The notes beneath the pieces are model-generated. The model was not told the origin of the DNA. It searched no databases and was given only the letters and a program-made list of their open reading frames with translations. This document shows, one piece after another, positions 56,819 through 64,000 of a stretch of 64,000 nucleotides of DNA; position 1 is the stretch's first letter, and each line of letters opens with the position of its first letter. The DNA is from Chrysomallon squamiferum. Lineage: Eukaryota > Animalia > Mollusca. Location: positions 21,452,001 through 21,516,000 of the forward strand of contig CM022667.1 of the NCBI GenBank assembly GCA_012295275.1. Reading direction: 5' to 3'. The position numbers were made by a program, and so were the translations under genes.

Positions 56819-58512
56819 CAGTGAGTGAAGATTTCTTCTTACTGAAGTTTGTATTAAAAAAGAAATCTGGTTTTCGTAATTTAAAATATCTGGAAACAAT
56901 CTGATCTAAAAAGGCAGTTCCGAGATTAAATACTGTCCAGATGAAACCGGAGAAATGATATTTGAACAACAAGCGATGAACATAATTTTGAAAACTGCTT
57001 TCAAACTTTCTTACTAAAAACGTTAATTTATGAATTATCTGATAATGTGAAACAACGAGAATAAGCATATATTGCTTGTTTCAGAACACAGAAAGTAACC
57101 CATTTTAAAATATGCAACTGTAATTTAGTTTTTTGGAAAAGAAACATTGGTTGTGAATGTGAAAACACGAAGTGCAATATTATTATCAATTTACTTTTGT
57201 TGACTATATAACTATTTATATTATTATACACATGTGTGCTATGAAAAAAACAAACATAATGTGTTACTTGTATTTACCAAAGTTGAAAATGTTACATCGC
57301 CATATTTTTTAAAACGTTATTTTTATGCCCTCACTTTGTCTCTTTTATCAGTATTTATTTAATTATTTATTTAGTGGACTGACATGTGGCTTATAACGGT
57401 AGTTTAGTGAAAAATTCTGTTGTGTATTGAGGTGCGTTTAATGAAGCAAAGCGGCAGCTTAACGTCTGACGTTTGTAAAACACGCAACAAACCACGTTCA
57501 CTTAGAAATAGGTCGATATGCATCAGCCTGGAGTGTAGCTACTACGCTATTTTTCCTTCTTTTGTTTCCAGAAATAATTAATAAGTATGCAACTGGTTGA
57601 TGGACTGATCTAAATTATTTACAATGCACGCGATGTAATTTTTCTTCGCTGGTCTTTTATCGAACAGATGCCAATCACGTGACCCGTATTTTATTGTCGG
57701 CGGCCCTGTTTTCGAGTCGTGTAACAATGAAATCCGCGGATAATCGCAGTTCCTTTGTCGCTTTTGAGAAAGAGAAGCAGAGCGCAGTGTCTGTCACTCA
57801 ACAAGTAGTTCAGTTTTATCTTCAGTTTTAAACAGATTACTTTAGACGGCAAACATAAACAAAAAATAAAATGTGTTAACAATTATGTCAAATTCCTAGA
57901 AATTTGTTTATTTCTCAAATGTTTCAGTATTAACGAAACGTTAATTTTATGTCAGTAGCATCTTTTTAAAAATTAAAATACATTCTAAGCAGTTCTTCAT
58001 TCATAATACTATTATTTTACTGTTGATTTATATGAAATACTTTATTATTATTATTATTATTATCATCATTTTAATAGTTAAACATTTATATAAGTAGAAT
58101 TAGAAATTTTCTGTTAACTGTCAAGGTAGACATGTTAAGTATGCTTTGTGCTTTCCACACACAAATTATAACACAATCAAACTACGTCAACTTTCCAGTC
58201 GTTTTATTATTTTGAATTTCACGCCGCGGTACCTGACTTCGCTGCTAAATATTTAACAATGGCTTAAACTGAAATCATATCTCGTTTTACTGCTTATTTC
58301 TTATTTCATTTATTGTCCGAGATCTACTACATGCAGGAACATGCATATTGTTTCCCACCAGTTTTGACATATCCGTACTGAAACTAGTTCATTAGTGTAG
58401 TCTAGCAGATCGTTTACATTTATTTACTGTCCTTTAGACATACATGTCATCTCTTCTTCCTTTCTCTGTTCTCCGAGAAAAACGTTCTCTCTCCTTTTTC
58501 TTTTTTCTTTTT

Positions 58513-58556
<44 letters not shown>

Positions 58557-59495
58557 TTCTGACGTTTTTGTCTTAGTCAATAATCAATTGTTCGCTATTT
58601 GTTATCCAGATCACTGTCTATGTTACATGTTAAACAGCTTTACCAAACATATCAAAACATTTCAGTTGTTGTGATCATCGCTCCTTCAACTATGAAACAT
58701 ACAGTTATCTAACAGTTGTGAAATATACATGTATATAAATATATTTAATAATATTTATACCATTCAGTATTACATTAGAAGTGCTTTTCAGATACCTGAA
58801 TAATTTATTTTATTTATTATGTACATTTTAAGTAGACTGCATAATTATGTTTAATTTATTTTACACCTGTAATATTTTTGAAAATATTTTATTGTTTCTT
58901 TTGTAATTATAATTTTTAATTTACAATGTACAGATTTTGTCGCAATATTTTTACATTTGTATAGTTAATTTATATTATTGTACATCTACAACATTTTTAA
59001 TTTATTATATAATCCTTTATTTCACTTTCATTTACATCCAAATAATTTTTATTTAGCCAGTGTTACATATTCAGGTTGTGATTCTAAATTTCTTTTTATA
59101 TCTTTTACTGATAGTATTTACAGCACCATCTTAAATTAATTTTCGGAAGTTGATGATAATTTTATGTACACAAAATTGCCTTACTCAAGTAACGTGAAAA
59201 TGTTCGTTTAACACACGAATCATTTTTCAGATTCTGTTGTTTCTTTCTCATTTTTTTCTTATGATGCAATAAAAAATTTGTTTGACCATAAAAAAAGATG
59301 TTTGTCTTTTTATATGAAGTAGTGACATAATCTTTTTTCACTGATTTCATAAAAGAATTTGTTCTAAGCATGAACATATTTTTATTTCTTTTTAAATGAA
59401 ATACTGACAGTATTTTTCTTCAAGGATTTCATACTCATTTTTTTTTTTTTTTCTCCTTCTCACTTCCTCTCCATTTGTATACGAGTATACGTATG

Positions 59496-59539
<44 letters not shown>

Positions 59540-60639
59540 ACAGGTGCATGTCCGAGTGTACTTTTCTGAATGTCTAAGTCAACATCATATACATTTAAAA
59601 CTTATGAAGAAACTCTAAATGGATTTTTTTAAATTATTATTATTATTATTATTTTAAATTAAATAAACAGAGAAATGTGAATTAAAAGAAAGTGGAGTTC
59701 ACCGGGAAAGGCTCAGCGTTGCCAAACTAAAACAGACGTGGCTGTAGACGTCTGTCAAAGCGGCCGCCTAGAGACGTTTCAGGAAACTCAATTTGGATCT
59801 TCTTGCTTTTCCTTCTTCGCGTTTGTTGTCTCTGCGATCAGGGTAATGGAAATGGCAAATTAATTCACTTGCCAATAGTAATAGACCCACAGATATCGAC
59901 AATTAGCACGCTAAATTTGACGGGGATTTTTGTTTGCCAGAATAGAGAGGTCTGTCTGTTTTCTGTCGTTAATGTTACACATTATCGACATATTTTTATT
60001 AATGTTACATATCTGCGATCAATAAATACGTTCAGAAGATGCGCTGCGTGCACGTAGTTTGTGATATCTGCTTCTGCTGATGTTTTGTTTACTGAAATAA
60101 ACCATATCTAATAATAGTTTTATCTAACCCTGAAAAAAAATCAGATAAAAACTGGATAACTGGCACATATAAGAAACAGATACTGAAATGTATGTTTTTT
60201 TATTTAAATTCAAAAACAAAAAAATAATATATCTTAAATATTCATGGGTTAAAGAAGGACAACTGATACACTGTCCCAAAAAAATGTATGATAATAATAA
60301 TAAAATAAACAATAACAAACAAATAAACAAACAAACAAACAAACAAACGAACGAACGAACAAAATAAGTAAAAGTAATAAATAAATAAATAAGTAAAAAA
60401 ATAAAAAAATAAATAAAAAATAGATAAAATCTGCTTGCTGTCTGACAAAAACGTTAACCCAGTTTACGTTTCATCTTGGCGGTTTCTTGTGTCAGACATG
60501 AACGAGTGGAGTGAGTGGATTCAGCACACTGACATAAAGTGTTCTGTGAGTGAAATGTGGAAATAACTAAATTGATCGCTTTCAGATGGCAAAAGATTCG
60601 TTCATGGGTAACCTGAGACCTGCTTCGAGAACAGAGACA

Positions 60640-60759
<120 letters not shown>

Positions 60760-60857
60760 CTTTCTCTCATTTCTTTCTGTCTCTACTATAGATGTTTTCT
60801 GTCATTCTAGATTTACTAGAGGGAAGATTGTTTCCGTTTTCGTTTTTTGCATTTATA

Positions 60858-60932
<75 letters not shown>

Positions 60933-61309
60933 CTGTGTGTGTGTTTGGATATTCTGTGCGTGTCGTCCTAACACGTCTGCGCCACAACGAGGCTGTGTTC
61001 TACCTATTGCTCTAACAGGTAGTTTGTTCAAAACCTATTGATGTTTTATCGACCTCAGTAGCTCGTCGTGCAAGTTTAATATGATCGATCGACTTTTTTT
61101 CTTCTTCTCGTGTTTCTCATAACTCAGTCTTATTATTTGTAAAACTGGCGAAATATATGCCTTTCGGCATTTATTTTGAGATAATTTACATTGAACAGCG
61201 CATATGTTAAACTATTAGGCCTGCTATATATTTTTTTGTTTCATTCCATCGTTACGGCCAGAAAAAAAAACACGTTTTACAGAAAAGAAAATAGATGTTA
61301 ATCATCTTT

Positions 61310-61359
<50 letters not shown>

Positions 61360-62328
61360 CACACACACTAACAGAATGGTACCCAGTTTGCTGTGACGTA
61401 AACTCAACAGAGGCCTCCTCAAGATTGTTGATATGTTTGGGCATCATGTTGAGATAAAGCGTTTTCATAGCTAGACTGAGTATTCCACCACTGCTTAGGC
61501 ATAATCTAGCTTTATATATTATTTATTTACTACCTATGCAGGCAAACTTTGCATGCATTTTATTACATTGTTACGTAGATAATTATTGTTATGAGCAAAC
61601 ACTGTGTCATGGCGTAACTAAATGAATTTTTGAGTGATTTTCTCCAGTATTTTATTTTTTAATTTTATTATTATTATTATTATTACTATTATTATTACGT
61701 TTATTTATATATAAATAATTCTGTGATATCGGTGTCGTGCCAGTGGGGGTTTTCTGTGTTAATCTGAAGAGGTGATAATCCGGTACAAAAACGTACACTC
61801 ATTCTGAGTATCTGGCTGGAATTGTATCTGAGAGTTCAGTTATTTTATGACTTCTGCGACGTCCGCTCTTGGTCAACAAACAGACGTCGTCACCTTTGAA
61901 CGGTTTTCCCAGAGACCCGTGGGGTGTTTCTGTTTTGTTTGTGCTTTTTAAACTAAGCAGGGGATGACTTCAGTTTTATAAATTAATAAATTGATTTTAA
62001 ATTGTTGTTAGACTTTATTTTGTAAGAGTGTTCGATAAAATAATCTGCCTTACTGGATCACCATGACATATGGTAATAGTAAAAACAGTTTATTTCTGGA
62101 AGTGATTTATTGATATGTAATGTAATGTTAAGAGCAGAGCTCGGACTTGGTGGTTTCAGGATCAACCCTTCTCAAGGCGTATGTGCTTTATTTCCTTCAC
62201 TCTCCCAGAACACTACGACTGGTTCTTCAATAAGTGTTCTGAAATAATATTTAATACCGAAGAGAGGAGTGATTATATGACTGTGGGTCTGTCTTTGTGT
62301 TTGTATATGTTTGTTTATGTATGTGTTT

Positions 62329-62468
<140 letters not shown>

Positions 62469-62744
62469 TAAAGAAGTCTCATATTAAACCTAACAACAAA
62501 CATTAAAATTCATAAAAATCATTAATAATTCAAAAAAGTAAACCGCGATTATTAGTAGAAATAATTTTAGGTGAGGGACACGAAAAGAGCTTTCGTTTCA
62601 AATTAATCGTTGACAAATGACGAAGTACTGTCGTTAGCAGGTTATTACATCTTGATAAACTAGTTTCAGAAAATGAAAAACAGAAGAAAAAACAAACATT
62701 ATTTGTAATGATGAAAACACCTTCATCATCACATCATTGTCATT

Positions 62745-62782
<38 letters not shown>

Positions 62783-64000
62783 TATCCTCATTATCATCAT
62801 TATTCGGTTTACAATTTATAAATGAATTTAATTATTACTCTGAATGCCTGTTTCAAAGTAATTGTTTAATAAGCAGAACAGTAATTAATTTGATTATTTA
62901 AATAAAAATATATATAGTCAACCATGCGTGAAACCTTTACGACTTGTGTTTCGCTGCTCCAATTACTTATTACATTAAAAAGCAGGCGCGCGTGCATTCT
63001 TCTGAACCGCGCGTGCTGCAACAGTTTCTGGATTTAACAGGTACGGGATAGGAAATCAGCCTGCGGTACTCGCTGCATGATTCTCGTATAAAATTTAATC
63101 TTAGCTGCAGAGGTGTTCCTAGAACTACACCTGCGAACTTTCCATTGTCCTTTCCTACGAAACAGTAACAGAACAAAGCTACTATTTAGAAAAATATTTT
63201 TTTTCTCTCTCTCCCTAACAATGAAAACTGTTAATATATAAAAATTTTCTTCTTCCCTTTCAAACGTTGGTAATTTTCCGAACCATTCAGTTGTAAAATT
63301 CCGAATAGTTATCTCTGCATGGAAGCTAGTTCTAGCGAAGTCGAGGCACTTACGCTCGCTGAAGACGGCGCTAGCATATAATGACAAAGTGAGAAAATAT
63401 TAAATAAGGCTTAAAGCGTACGCAAGTGCTTAAAAATACTAATAAAAAAAAAATCATGTGTAAAATATTAGGGTTGCAGACTGAACAAAGACAAATAATT
63501 AAGTCTAAAGTCTTTTCATAAATATTTTTTGTTTTGATTTAAAGTACACATTATGACACGCCAATATATCGAAAACCAGAATAAAACACACACTCACACA
63601 TAAATATATACATATAAACACACAGACATACACATACTTTCACAAAATAATTAACAAGAAAGCAAAATAAATAAATACAAATTAAATAAATAAAAATAAA
63701 AATAATATATATATAATGCATATAAACACAAACACACATACACACATTCTAATTATTTAAATTTAACATTATTCTCATTAGCGTTTTTTTTTCAAATTAA
63801 TGCTAACTATTTGAACAGACTAATACATGCTGACCAATAGAAAAGTGACTCTGAAGAAAAACGCTTCAAAAACTACAGTGTGAACAAGTTCACGACAGTT
63901 GTAATGTGAAGATAATTGGCCGGAGATGGTCAGTCCACAGATGTCCTCTCAACAGGCAGTCTGGACAGTGTAATCAGATGGCAATATCGTTATATTTCCA

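Noticed and set aside
60439-60498. tgtctgaca...tgtcagaca inverted repeat as a pre-miRNA
   Set aside because: Beyond 9 bp the stem needs many bulges; too weak.

Overview
AT-rich eukaryotic (invertebrate animal, probably lophotrochozoan/mollusc; taxon is an impression only) genomic window with spliced genes and many microsatellites. Four protein-coding genes can be assembled by hand with phase-consistent GT-AG junctions: (1) an unrecognised 19-exon gene (+, 2720-17903) with a helical/coiled-coil N-terminus and one very large exon carrying a 47/48-aa tandem repeat, interrupted by a single +1 frame break at TCC-TGA-G (16105-16111); (2) a BTB-BACK-Kelch gene (-, 23863-20347); (3) NUDT21/CFIm25 (+, 24928-41194), head-to-head with the Kelch gene, whose last intron is 13 kb; (4) a scratch (Snail-superfamily) zinc-finger gene (+, 54918-56818) inside a large CpG-retaining non-coding domain. 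Decayed Gypsy LTR, hAT (Buster/Charlie-like) and Tigger/pogo elements are present. Best leads: the antizyme-like UCC-UGA +1 site (or indel), and a possible scratch regulatory block extending into the NUDT21 intron, with clustered Scratch/CES-1 and bZIP motifs.
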